A DNA stretch of 64,000 bases from Desulfuromonadales bacterium. Lineage in GTDB: Bacteria; Desulfobacterota; Desulfuromonadia; Desulfuromonadales; JACZKF01. Of this stretch, positions 1 to 9,333 are shown piece after piece. How positions within the stretch are numbered: position 1 is the stretch's first letter; each line of letters begins with the position of its first letter. The notes under the pieces were generated by a model. The model was not told the origin of the DNA and did not search any database. It saw only the letters and a list, made by a program, of their open reading frames with translations. Position numbers and translations under genes: made by a program. Where the stretch lies: assembly GCA_029289095.1 (NCBI GenBank), contig JARFUG010000010.1, forward strand, positions 2,187-66,186, read 5' to 3'.

Positions 1-1799
1 CCGTGCAGCACCTCTCCCCCGTCGGCCTCGAGGTGAAGATCGAGGCTCACCGGGGCGCCGAATCTCCCCTCGGCGGCCCCCCGGCCGCGCACCGCCGCCC
101 CGGATATCCCGGAGTGGCCGTCCGGCGAGATGTATTCGATCCCCTCGGCGGAAAAGCGATCGAGGGCGATGCGAAAGCGCTCTCCCTCCACCTCGGCCCG
201 CCCCGACGCGGACAGAACGGCCGAGGGGATCTCCTCCCCGCTCACCCGCGCCGACAAGTCCCCGCCACGGAGGATCGTTTTCTCCCCCTGCCGTGCGAAG
301 CGCCCTTTGATGCGGACCTCTTCAAGGAGCGCCGGAGGCAGGGGAACGCGGGCGGCCGTCGCCTCGATCTGCGCGTCCCAGCCGTCGTGCTCCGGCCGCA
401 GGTGAGCGGTCCCGGCGATCCTCTCGGCCCCCTCCGGAATCCCGGAGCGCATCTCCGCCGGAAGCAGGGGGAGGATTTCCCGGGCATCGACCGGATGGAG
501 CTGCACCGTCATCCCCTGCAGATCCCCCGCGGCGCGAACGACCGTGCGCCCGCGCAGGCGGAAGGTCGCCTCCCCGGAGTACGCCTCCCCTTCGCTCCGG
601 AAGAGTAGTTCGGCAGCGAGATCCGAGATGTCGGGGAGGTCGCTCTGCATGCGTGGGGCGGGAGTTCCGGCCAGGGCGGCTTTTACACGCAGCCCCCCTT
701 CCGAGGCGCTGAACTCTCCCTCTCCCTCGATCCCCCCCGAGACCTTCGGCCAATCCCCCCCGGCCAGCGCCTCCAGCAGGGCGGCGGGGTCGGCGGAGCG
801 GATGGTGAAACTCCCCTGCGCTTCCCCATCCGCAAGGCGTCCGGAAAGGCGAAGGGGCGCCTGGTCGGCCAGGAGCATCTCCCCCTCTCCTTCCCAGAGA
901 TCCCCTGCCCCTTCGCCCTGCAGGCGAAGATCGCGCGCGAAGAGGTCGAAATCGCCTGCGCCCCCCGTGAAGCTTCGCGCCGTCACCGCGACCCTGAGCC
1001 GCTCGTCCATCCAGGCAAAGGAGAAGCGAACCCCTTCCAGGACGAAGCGCCCCTCCGGCGGCAGGGGGGAATCGATCTCCAGGACCGCCAGGATGCGGCC
1101 GAGTTGGACCTCGTCGAAGCGTTCGATGGCGATCCCCCCCTCGGCGCCGGCCCCTTCTGCGGGGAGCGTCACGACCAGGGGAGAGGTAAGGAGTTCGTCC
1201 CCCTCGAGCTTCGCCGAATCGAGAGTGACGGACGGCGCTCTCCCCCACGACAGCCGACCGTGGGTCGCCAGGGGGAGCCCAGGCGCCGCGCCGACGCGGG
1301 CGCTGAGAAAGAAGGGGGTTTCCTCATCGAGACGCCCCTGCAGATGGAGCTCATCAACAGACCAGGTGCGCCCCGCCGCGTGCAGCGTAAGACGCCCCCC
1401 GACGATCTCCACGCGCTCGACCGTCACGGGGGGACGCTCGGGCAAACCTCCCCCCTCTTCTTCGCTTTCGGTAAGAACGATGTCGGGCGCCGTCACGCGA
1501 AGAGCGGCGAGGCGCCGGGAAAAAAGATCGGAGAGCAGGAAGTCGGCCTCCAGGCGTTCGGCGTTCAGACGCAGGGAGGGAAGATCGAGGGTGATGTCGG
1601 AGATTTCGAGACGGTCCCGGCCGAGAAAGATCCGCCCGAGGCGCACCTCTCCCTCCATCTGCTCGCCAAGGTAGCGCTCCAGGTGCGGACGCACCACCGT
1701 GTTCAGGCCCGTGTCGGAAAGGAGATAGACCAGGATCCCCAGAAAGAGCAGGGGCGGAAGGAGAAAAGCGATGACGATGATCAGGCGCCTGCGTGTCAT
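1..1799 (-). CDS. AsmA/YdbH-like envelope protein, 5' part (runs off the left edge)
   Basis: Absent from the ORF track because there is no stop in the window. Read by hand from ATG 1799: MTRRRLIIVIAFLLPPLLFLGILVYLLSDTGLNTVVRPHLERYLGEQMEGEVRLGRIFL..., an N-terminal membrane anchor followed by beta-rich sequence typical of AsmA-like proteins. Confidence 0.6.
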   Translation of the reverse strand, partial: MTRRRLIIVIAFLLPPLLFLGILVYLLSDTGLNTVVRPHLERYLGEQMEGEVRLGRIFLGRDRLEISDITLDLPSLRLNAERLEADFLLSDLFSRRLAALRVTAPDIVLTESEEEGGGLPERPPVTVERVEIVGGRLTLHAAGRTWSVDELHLQGRLDEETPFFLSARVGAAPGLPLATHGRLSWGRAPSVTLDSAKLEGDELLTSPLVVTLPAEGAGAEGGIAIERFDEVQLGRILAVLEIDSPLPPEGRFVLEGVRFSFAWMDERLRVAVTARSFTGGAGDFDLFARDLRLQGEGAGDLWEGEGEMLLADQAPLRLSGRLADGEAQGSFTIRSADPAALLEALAGGDWPKVSGGIEGEGEFSASEGGLRVKAALAGTPAPRMQSDLPDISDLAAELLFRSEGEAYSGEATFRLRGRTVVRAAGDLQGMTVQLHPVDAREILPLLPAEMRSGIPEGAERIAGTAHLRPEHDGWDAQIEATAARVPLPPALLEEVRIKGRFARQGEKTILRGGDLSARVSGEEIPSAVLSASGRAEVEGERFRIALDRFSAEGIEYISPDGHSGISGAAVRGRGAAEGRFGAPVSLDLHLEADGGEVLH

Positions 1800-1889
1800 G
1801 GCGAGCCGAAAAATAGAGAGATGCAGAACGGGGAAAGTATAGTCTCAGAAAGGGGCAAAAAGATAGCTGCACCGGCCTGAAGGTGCGCG

Positions 1890-1977
1890 CCCCCCCTCCT
1901 GGATCAGGAGGGGGTCGGTGGGTGGTCTGGGTTGAAAGACCTTACCACCCCCTGCCCCTCCTAAAATAGGAGGGGAG
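1890..1977. repeat. REP-doublet (REPIN-like) palindromic element, copy 1
   Basis: CCCCTCCTGGATCAGGAGGGGGTCGGTGGGTGGT, a spacer, then the inverted unit ACCACCCCCTGCCCCTCCTAAAATAGGAGGGGAG. Second copy at 13995-14079. Confidence 0.8.
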
Positions 1978-1982
1978 TCATT

Positions 1983-2879
1983 TCACCTGCCTGACAGAAG
2001 CTTGCTCAGCAGCTCGTCCTTTTCGCGCCAGATTCCCTGAAGCCATTCCTTGTGGCGATTGCGCAGGCGGGTGTCACCGGCGTAGTCCCCTTCTTTGAGC
2101 TCAGGGTCGATCTCCAGCAGGCGGGCGCGCACGATCACCGGGCCGGTGCGTCCCACGAGGGCTTCGATGAGGCCCGGGCGTCCCTTGGGGTAGGCGATCG
2201 TCACATCGAGGATGCCGCCGAGGCGATCCCCCAGCGTCGTCAGGACGACGGCCGTCCCGCCGGGACGCGGCGAGAGGAGATGGCGGAAGGGGGAGCCCTG
2301 GTTGCGGTGCTTTTCGGCCGAGAAGCGCGTCCCCTCGGGGTAGACGATGAGGGTGGTCGGCATCTGCCTCGCCTTCTCGCAGGCGGTGCGGGCCGTCTGC
2401 AGGTCGCGCCCCCGCAACTCGGGCCGCCTCTCCACGTCCTGACGGCTATGGCGCTCGACGAAGGGGAAGTCGAGCCCCCACATCGCCTGGCCGAAGAGGG
2501 GAAGGCGGCGAAGCTCCTTTTTGGCGAAGAAGACCGGAAAAGGGAGGCGCTCGACGAAAAGGCGGATGAGCACCAGGATGTCGACCCACGACTGGTGGTT
2601 GCAGATGAGCAGGTACCACCCCTTCGAGCCGTCGACTTCCGCCGGGATCTCGACGTCCCACTCGCGAGGAGAGAAAACATCGACGATGGCATTCATCGCA
2701 ACGGCCCAGCGCACCGCCAGACGCCGCATGAGAAGGGTGCAGACGTTTCGCCAGCCGGCCGAGGGGATCGCCGCCTTGACGGGGATCAGCAGCAGGAGCG
2801 GCAGAAACCAGAAGAGCGTGTTCACCGCCAGCAGAAAAAGGACGAGAGCCGCTTTTATGCCGAAGAGGAGGCTCGACAT
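1983..2879 (-). CDS. PlsC/YihG-family acyltransferase
   Basis: NHQSWVD and YPEGTRF acyltransferase motifs. Start placed at ATG 2879, downstream of an AAAGGAG RBS. Confidence 0.9.
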   Translation of the reverse strand: MSSLLFGIKAALVLFLLAVNTLFWFLPLLLLIPVKAAIPSAGWRNVCTLLMRRLAVRWAVAMNAIVDVFSPREWDVEIPAEVDGSKGWYLLICNHQSWVDILVLIRLFVERLPFPVFFAKKELRRLPLFGQAMWGLDFPFVERHSRQDVERRPELRGRDLQTARTACEKARQMPTTLIVYPEGTRFSAEKHRNQGSPFRHLLSPRPGGTAVVLTTLGDRLGGILDVTIAYPKGRPGLIEALVGRTGPVIVRARLLEIDPELKEGDYAGDTRLRNRHKEWLQGIWREKDELLSKLLSGR

Positions 2880-2928
2880 CGAAGCTCCTTTCATGAAGTT
2901 ACTCACTGTACCAGTCTATCAAAGGCGT

Positions 2929-3289
2929 TCTCACGCGACGACGCGACGACGCGACGAAAACCTTGAAACCTGAAGCCGTCTCTCGCCCGCTACCTTTCAG
3001 TCGCTCGAGACGCAGAGGCCGCAGAGAAACCTTGTTCAAAATCCTCAATGGTACACGGATAAAATCTGATGCTCCGCATACGCAGATTTTCACAGATTTA
3101 TAAATCAAATTTTGATCAGAGCCTTTTCCGCGAAAATCCGCGTTCCATTCGGCCTTTGCCTTTGACTTCTCCGTGTGCTCTGCGCCTCGAGTGAGCGAAG
3201 CGAACGGGGCGTGCGATTGAATTTGGCTTTTTTTTCGATTTCGATTTCGATTTTGATTTCTCGTCGCGTCGTTGCGCCGTCGCGTGAGA
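2929..3289. repeat. Three nested inverted-repeat elements plus a TTTCGA hexamer run
   Basis: Outer arms 2929-2957/3261-3289 (27/29 match), middle arms 3001-3028/3167-3194 (22/28), inner arms 3047-3060/3136-3149 (12/14). Confidence 0.8.
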
Positions 3290-3302
3290 CCGGTTTTGAT
3301 GT

Positions 3303-5978
3303 TCAGTGCGCCTCGCGCCAGTTCTTTCCCGTGCCCACATCGACCGCCAGCGGGACGCTCAGGGGAACGGCGCCTTCCATCTCCTGGCGCACGATGGGGG
3401 CGAGGGTCTCGACTTCGTCTTCGGGGACGTCGAAGACGAGTTCGTCGTGCACCTGCAGGACCATCTTGGCCCGCAGCCCCTCCTTCTGAAGGCGGCGGTG
3501 CAGGTTCACCATCGCCACCTTGATGATGTCGGCGGCGGAGCCCTGGATGGGGTAGTTGACGGCGTTTCGCTCGGCATAGGAGCGCACGGCCGGGTTCTTG
3601 CTCAGGATCTCGGGGATGGCGCAGCGCCGTCCGAGAAGGGTGGTGACGTACGCCTTCTCCCGCGCCTCGGCCAGGCGGCTCTCCATGAACGCCTTGATCC
3701 CCGCGTAGCGGTCGAAATAGCGATCGATGAACTCCTGGGCCTCGCGGCGGCCGATCCCCAGTTCCTTGGCGAGGCCGAAGGCGCTCATGCCGTAGAGGAC
3801 GCCGAAGTTGATCGTCTTGGCCTGGCGGCGCATGTCGGAGGTGACCATCTCGGGGAAGACGCCGAAGATCTCGCTCGCCGTGCGCCGGTGGATGTCCTCG
3901 CCCCGGGCGAAGCTCTCCTTGAGGGCCGGCTCGTCGGCCATGTGGGCCAGGATGCGAAGCTCGACCTGCGAGTAGTCGGCCGACAGCAGGATGTTTCCCT
4001 CGGCGGGGACGAAGGCTTCGCGGATGCGGCTCCCCTCTTCGGTGCGGATCGGGATGTTCTGAAGGTTGGGGTCGCTCGAGGAGAGGCGCCCCGTGGCGGT
4101 CACCGTCTGGTTGAAGGAGGTGTGCAGGCGCCCCGTCTCCGGATGGACGAGCCTGGGCAGGTTGTCGGTGTAGGTGCTGGTGAGCTTGGCCAGGGAGCGG
4201 TAGTCGAGGATGCGGGCGCAGACCTCGTTCTCCTCGGCGAGTTTGGTGAGGACCTCGACGTCCGTCGACCACCCGGTCTTGGTGCGCCGGCCCCGGGCGA
4301 GCTTGAGGCGCTCGAAGAGGACTTCGCCGAGTTGCTTCGGGGAGCCGATGTTGAAGGGTCCGCCGCACATTTGGTGGATCTGCGCCTCGAGCCCGGCAAG
4401 CTTGACCTTCAGCTCACGGCTGAGATCGTGCAGAAAATCGGGGTCGATGCGCACGCCGGTCCACTCCATGTCGGTGAGGACCTCCATGAGGGGCATCTCC
4501 ACTTCGGCAAAGAGGCGCCCCTGCTGCGCCTCGGCCAAACGAGGAGAGAGGCGCTCGGCGAGGCGCAGCGTGACGTCGGCGTCCTCGGCGGCGTAGACGG
4601 CCGCCTTCTCGCACTCCACCTCTGAGAAGCAGATCTGCTTTTTTCCGCTGCCGGTCATTTCAGCGTAGGTGATCATCTTGTGCCCGAGGATCTCGGCCGC
4701 AAGGGTGTCGAGGGAGTGGCTTTTGGCCGCAGGGTTCGCCAGATAGGAGGCGATCATGGTGTCGAAGGCGACCCCCGCCACGCGGATCCCCGCCCGGCGC
4801 AGCACCAGCAGATCGTACTTGAGGTTTTGCCCGATCTTCTTAAGGGACGGATCTTCGAGAAGAGGGCGCAGTTTCTCCAGTACGGTTTGTCGCTCGAGCT
4901 GATCGGGTACGCCGAGGTAGCGGTGCCCGAGCGGGACGTACCACCCCTCCCCCTCCCTGACGGAGAAGGAGAGTCCGACGAGTTCGGCGCGCATCGGATC
5001 GAGGTCCGTCGTCTCGGTGTCGAGGCTGAAGCGCCGGGCCTCCAGCAGATCATGCACCATTGCCTCGAAATCACTGTCGGTGAGAAGGCAGTGATACCCC
5101 TCGCCCGTCGTGCGCACGCTCGCGGAGAATTCCTGCACCAGTTTGTGGAACTCCATATCCTTGAAGATCGCCCCCAGGGCGGCGAGATCGGGCTCCGACA
5201 GGGTGAAGTCGTCGTAATCGATTTGCAGGGGGACGTCTTCGCGCAGCTTGACGAGCTCACGCGAGAGCAGGGCCTGATCGGCGAAAGCGCGCAGGTTCTC
5301 CTGGCGCTTGGCCCCTTTGACCCTGTCGATATTGGCCAGAAGGTTCTCCAGGGAGCCGAACTCGGCGATGAGCTCCCGAGCCGTTTTCTCACCGATTCCC
5401 GGCACGCCGGGGATGTTGTCCGAGGTGTCGCCGGCGAGCCCCAGGACGTCCGCCACGATTTCGGGGGGGCCGCCGAAGCGCTCGACCACCTCGGCGGGGC
5501 CGAAGAACTGATCCTTCATCGTGTCGTAGAGACGCACCCGCTCCCCGACGATCTGCATCAGATCCTTATCCCCCGTCACCACGGTGACGTCCAGACCCTG
5601 CGCCGCAAAGCGGCGAACCAGAGTGGCGATGATATCGTCGGCCTCGAACCCCTGAAGCTCCAGAGCAGGGAGACGAAAACCCCGCACGATTTCTTTGATG
5701 ACGGGGATTTGCGGCGCCAGATCGTCGGGCATCGCCGCGCGGTTCGCCTTGTACTCGGGGTAGATCTCCTTGCGGAAGGTCGGCCCCTTGGCGTCGAAAA
5801 CGACGGCGAGGTGATCGGGCTTCTCTTCACGCATCACCTTCAGCAGCATGTTGGTGAAGCCGTAGACGGCGTTGGTGGCGAATCCTTTGCTGTTGGAGAG
5901 GTGGCGGATGGCGAAATAGGCGCGGTAGATGTAGCTCGAACCGTCGATGAGGTACAGGCGTTGGGGCTGATCGGTCAT
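3303..5978 (-). CDS. polA: DNA polymerase I
   Basis: 891 aa. LIDGSSYIYRAYFA 5'-3' exonuclease start, DTETT 3'-5' exonuclease, DYSQVELR, KTINFGVLYG and QVHDEL polymerase motifs. Confidence 0.98.
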   Translation of the reverse strand: MTDQPQRLYLIDGSSYIYRAYFAIRHLSNSKGFATNAVYGFTNMLLKVMREEKPDHLAVVFDAKGPTFRKEIYPEYKANRAAMPDDLAPQIPVIKEIVRGFRLPALELQGFEADDIIATLVRRFAAQGLDVTVVTGDKDLMQIVGERVRLYDTMKDQFFGPAEVVERFGGPPEIVADVLGLAGDTSDNIPGVPGIGEKTARELIAEFGSLENLLANIDRVKGAKRQENLRAFADQALLSRELVKLREDVPLQIDYDDFTLSEPDLAALGAIFKDMEFHKLVQEFSASVRTTGEGYHCLLTDSDFEAMVHDLLEARRFSLDTETTDLDPMRAELVGLSFSVREGEGWYVPLGHRYLGVPDQLERQTVLEKLRPLLEDPSLKKIGQNLKYDLLVLRRAGIRVAGVAFDTMIASYLANPAAKSHSLDTLAAEILGHKMITYAEMTGSGKKQICFSEVECEKAAVYAAEDADVTLRLAERLSPRLAEAQQGRLFAEVEMPLMEVLTDMEWTGVRIDPDFLHDLSRELKVKLAGLEAQIHQMCGGPFNIGSPKQLGEVLFERLKLARGRRTKTGWSTDVEVLTKLAEENEVCARILDYRSLAKLTSTYTDNLPRLVHPETGRLHTSFNQTVTATGRLSSSDPNLQNIPIRTEEGSRIREAFVPAEGNILLSADYSQVELRILAHMADEPALKESFARGEDIHRRTASEIFGVFPEMVTSDMRRQAKTINFGVLYGMSAFGLAKELGIGRREAQEFIDRYFDRYAGIKAFMESRLAEAREKAYVTTLLGRRCAIPEILSKNPAVRSYAERNAVNYPIQGSAADIIKVAMVNLHRRLQKEGLRAKMVLQVHDELVFDVPEDEVETLAPIVRQEMEGAVPLSVPLAVDVGTGKNWREAH

Positions 5979-6364
5979 GGAAGAAACGGCCTCGGAGAAG
6001 TGCCGTGAGGTGTGAGGAGTTGGAAGCGAGAAGTCCGGACCGCACCCCCCATCACATCACCCGTTGACGATACGGCGGAAAGTATCCTCAGACATGCTGA
6101 TCCGCCGTGTGAAGGAAGCGCCCATTATTCCACAGCGCAGGAGAAACTCCAAGGGGAACCCCCTTAGATACGGGAGGTTATTTTTCATCCTTGGGGGGAT
6201 TGATCTCCGGCAGGGTTCTGCTCCATAATGGGGCAGGCTGGACAAGGGAAAAAAACGACCGTACGACAAGGACTTCCCCCGCCTCTTTACTCTTTTGACA
6301 ATATTTTCCCATTACTGTATAGTTTTTCTTTCTCCTAAAGCTTCATTAACTTTTTGCAGGCCGC

Positions 6365-7288
6365 ATGTCTCCTCTCTTTCTGAAACATTACAAGCTTCTC
6401 TACCTGCTGCTTCCCGTCGCACTCGGTCTCGCCCTGGGACATCTGGCGGCGACCGGTGCTGGAATCGTGCTGACCCCTGCCGCGCCCCAGACGATCGCGA
6501 TGGTCGATCAGGCGCCGGCGGCGACCCGAAAGGCCGTCCTGCAGGACTACCAGGGGATTGTCGAGCGCAACATCTTCGACTCCACCGCCAAACCGGTGGT
6601 GGCGCTGCAGGAAGAAGAGCAGGCCCCCGCCGTATCGAGCGCCCCGATGACGCGCAGCGACCTGTCTCTGTTCGGCACCGTCGTGCGGGCCGAAGCGTCG
6701 CTGGCGGTGATCCGCACCAACAGGGATGTGCGCACCTACAAGCTCGGCGCCGAACTCCAGGGAGGCGGGCTGGTCGATACGATCGAGCGCAATACAGTCG
6801 TGATCCGCTACAACAACGGCAGCACCCAGACGCTGTCGCTGCGCGATGACGAGAAGGCCGCCACGGCGTCCGCCCCCGCTGCCGCCCCGACGACTGCGCG
6901 CGGACGCGCCGCCGCGGCGTCCGCCCCTGCAGCCCAGGCGGTCGGCGGGGAGATCCGCCCCGTCGGTGAGAACCGCTGGGTCATCCCGCAGCAGGTGGCG
7001 GCACAAGCTCGCGGAAACCTCAATGAACTTCTTCGGCAGGCCCGGATGGAACCGAATATCGTCGACGGCCAGACGCAAGGGTTCGTGGTGCGCATGATCC
7101 AGCCCCGCTCTTTGCTGGCCCTGCTCGGCATCCAGCGCGGCGATGTACTGCATGAGATCAACGGCGTCGAGCTCGACAGCCCCGAGAAAGCCCTTCAGAT
7201 TTTTCAACAACTTCGCGAAGCGCGCAGCATCTCCATCGGCCTTGAGCGTGGAGGCAGCAATCACACTTTTCAATATGAAATCGAATAG
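6365..7288 (+). CDS. gspC: Type II secretion protein C (HR + PDZ domains)
   Basis: N-terminal TM, IVERNIF motif, C-terminal PDZ (GIQRGDVLHEINGVEL). First gene of the gsp cluster. Confidence 0.9.
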   Translation: MSPLFLKHYKLLYLLLPVALGLALGHLAATGAGIVLTPAAPQTIAMVDQAPAATRKAVLQDYQGIVERNIFDSTAKPVVALQEEEQAPAVSSAPMTRSDLSLFGTVVRAEASLAVIRTNRDVRTYKLGAELQGGGLVDTIERNTVVIRYNNGSTQTLSLRDDEKAATASAPAAAPTTARGRAAAASAPAAQAVGGEIRPVGENRWVIPQQVAAQARGNLNELLRQARMEPNIVDGQTQGFVVRMIQPRSLLALLGIQRGDVLHEINGVELDSPEKALQIFQQLREARSISIGLERGGSNHTFQYEIE

Positions 7289-7300
7289 GAGGACCTTCCC

Positions 7301-9322
7301 GTGTTCCTGAGACATGTCCGTGCGCTTGCATTTCTGCTCTGCTTCGCCCTTTTCTTCCCCGGCGCGGTACCGGCACAGCAGCAGGAGAGGGTCTCCCTCG
7401 ATTTTCGCGACATCGAGCTTCCCGATCTGATCCAGACGATCAGCGAGCTGACGGGGAGAAACTTCATCTACGACGAGACGGTCCGGGGGCGCGCCACGAT
7501 CATCTCCCCCGACCCGATGAGCCTTGAGCAGGCCTATCACCTCTTTCTCACCGTTCTCAACGTCAAGGGGTTCACCGTCGTTCCGGCCGGCCCGGTCAAC
7601 CGGATCGTTCCGCTGCGCGACGTCAGGGAGCAGACCCTGCCCCTGGCTGTCAGAGACCGCGAGTTTCCGCCGGAGCAGCACGTCACCCGCGTTGTCCCCC
7701 TTCAGAACCTCGACGCCTCGGCCGTCGCCGCGACGGTCCTTGCGCCGCTGGTTCCCAAAACGAGCAGCGTCGTCGCCTACCCGCCGTCCAACACTCTGAT
7801 CATCACCGACACGGCGGCCAATATCGAGCGCCTGATGCGCATACTGCGCCAGATGGATCACCCCCGGGCTTTCGACCTGCTGGAGGTCATCCCACTGCAG
7901 TACGCCGATGCCACCGAGGTCGCCCAGATCCTGACGCAGGTTCTGGCCGGCGGCCCCCCCGCCACCCCGGCGCGGCGCGCCCGCGCCGCAGTAGCCGCTG
8001 CTCCCGGCGCCGCGGAAGGAAGCCGGGTCATCCCGTACGCGCGCACCAACCACCTCGTCGTCATGGCGACCGAAGACGACATGATCACCATCCGGCAACT
8101 GGTGGCCCGTCTCGACCAGCGCACCGCCCAGGTCCACGCCGGGATCTACGTCTACTATCTGGAGAACGCCGACGCCGAAACGCTGGCCACGACCCTCAAC
8201 CAGATCATCACCGGCATCCGGGCCCAGGCGGCCCCTCCCGCTCGGCGCCCCGCCGCCGCCCCTGCGGTCGAGCCCCCCGGCGAGAGAGCGCCGGCGCTGG
8301 AGACGGTGGCGATCACCGCCGACAAGCCGACCAACGCCCTGATCATCAACAGCACCCCGGAAGACTACGAGACGCTGCAGGGGATCATCCGCCAGCTCGA
8401 CGTGCGCCGTCGCCAGGTCTTCGTCGAGGCGCTGATCCTCGAGATCTCCATGGACGCCACCAAGCAGCTCGGAGCGTCGCTGCAGGGGGTGATTTCCACC
8501 GGCGGCGGCGACGGAGTCATCTTCGGCGCCACGCAGGGATCGGTCCTCGGCCCGAGCCCGACGACCCTCGCCGCGGCCATCGACGGCATCCGACTCGGGG
8601 GGATCTCCAGGCTCATCACCGTCACCGGTCCCGACGGCAATCAAATCACCGTCCCCGCCCTCTCGGCCCTCATCGACCTGTCCAAGTCGACGGGAGACGT
8701 GAACATCCTCTCGGCGCCGCGCCTGCTGACCAGCGACAACGAGGAGGCCGAGATCATCGTCGGCCAGAACGTGCCGATCATCACCCAGCGCCTCACCGAC
8801 GCCGCCGGGGTCGGACTGGCCCAGAGCGTCGCCGTAGAGCGCCGCGACGTTGCCCTGACGCTGCGCTTCACTCCCCAGATCACCGAGGGGAACATGGTGC
8901 GCCTCAACGTCCTGCAGGAGATCACCAACATCGCTCCAACCGCCGTCGGCAACGTCGACCAGGTCGGCCCGACGCTGACCAAGCGCCTGATCCGCAACAC
9001 GGTCCTCGCCGAAGACGGCCGGACGGTCGTTCTGGGGGGGCTCATCGACAGCAACGAGACCGAACGGATCACCAAGGTCCCGCTGCTCGGCGATATCCCG
9101 GGGCTGCGATGGCTCTTCAGAAACACGCGTAAAGACGAGCGCAAGACGAATCTCCTCGTCTTCATCACCCCGACGATCATCCGCGATCCCTCCGACCTGA
9201 GCCAGGTCACCCGCCAGAGCCGCGAAAACATGGAACTGTTCAAGGCCGGGCTCTACCAGCCGGTCATCAACCTCGAAGAAGAGCCCGAGCAGATCGAATA
9301 CCGTCTGCCTGAGATCCAATAG
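7301..9322 (+). CDS. gspD: Type II secretion secretin D
   Basis: VSLDFRDIEL N0 domain, QVFVEALI, ILSAPRLLTSDNEEA and KVPLLGDIPGLRWLF secretin motifs. Confidence 0.96.
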   Translation: MFLRHVRALAFLLCFALFFPGAVPAQQQERVSLDFRDIELPDLIQTISELTGRNFIYDETVRGRATIISPDPMSLEQAYHLFLTVLNVKGFTVVPAGPVNRIVPLRDVREQTLPLAVRDREFPPEQHVTRVVPLQNLDASAVAATVLAPLVPKTSSVVAYPPSNTLIITDTAANIERLMRILRQMDHPRAFDLLEVIPLQYADATEVAQILTQVLAGGPPATPARRARAAVAAAPGAAEGSRVIPYARTNHLVVMATEDDMITIRQLVARLDQRTAQVHAGIYVYYLENADAETLATTLNQIITGIRAQAAPPARRPAAAPAVEPPGERAPALETVAITADKPTNALIINSTPEDYETLQGIIRQLDVRRRQVFVEALILEISMDATKQLGASLQGVISTGGGDGVIFGATQGSVLGPSPTTLAAAIDGIRLGGISRLITVTGPDGNQITVPALSALIDLSKSTGDVNILSAPRLLTSDNEEAEIIVGQNVPIITQRLTDAAGVGLAQSVAVERRDVALTLRFTPQITEGNMVRLNVLQEITNIAPTAVGNVDQVGPTLTKRLIRNTVLAEDGRTVVLGGLIDSNETERITKVPLLGDIPGLRWLFRNTRKDERKTNLLVFITPTIIRDPSDLSQVTRQSRENMELFKAGLYQPVINLEEEPEQIEYRLPEIQ

Positions 9323-9333
9323 CAAGGAACCGT

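Noticed and set aside
3-1880. Overlapping ORFs listed in the track for the first 1.9 kb
   Set aside because: The real gene is the minus-strand frame from ATG 1799 that leaves the window. The listed ORFs are alternative frames.
6335-9325. 996-aa minus-strand ORF and similar long ORFs (46914-49778, 54017-56275, 34659-36659, 26625-28256)
   Set aside because: Shadow frames of well-supported GC-rich genes, with no recognisable motifs.
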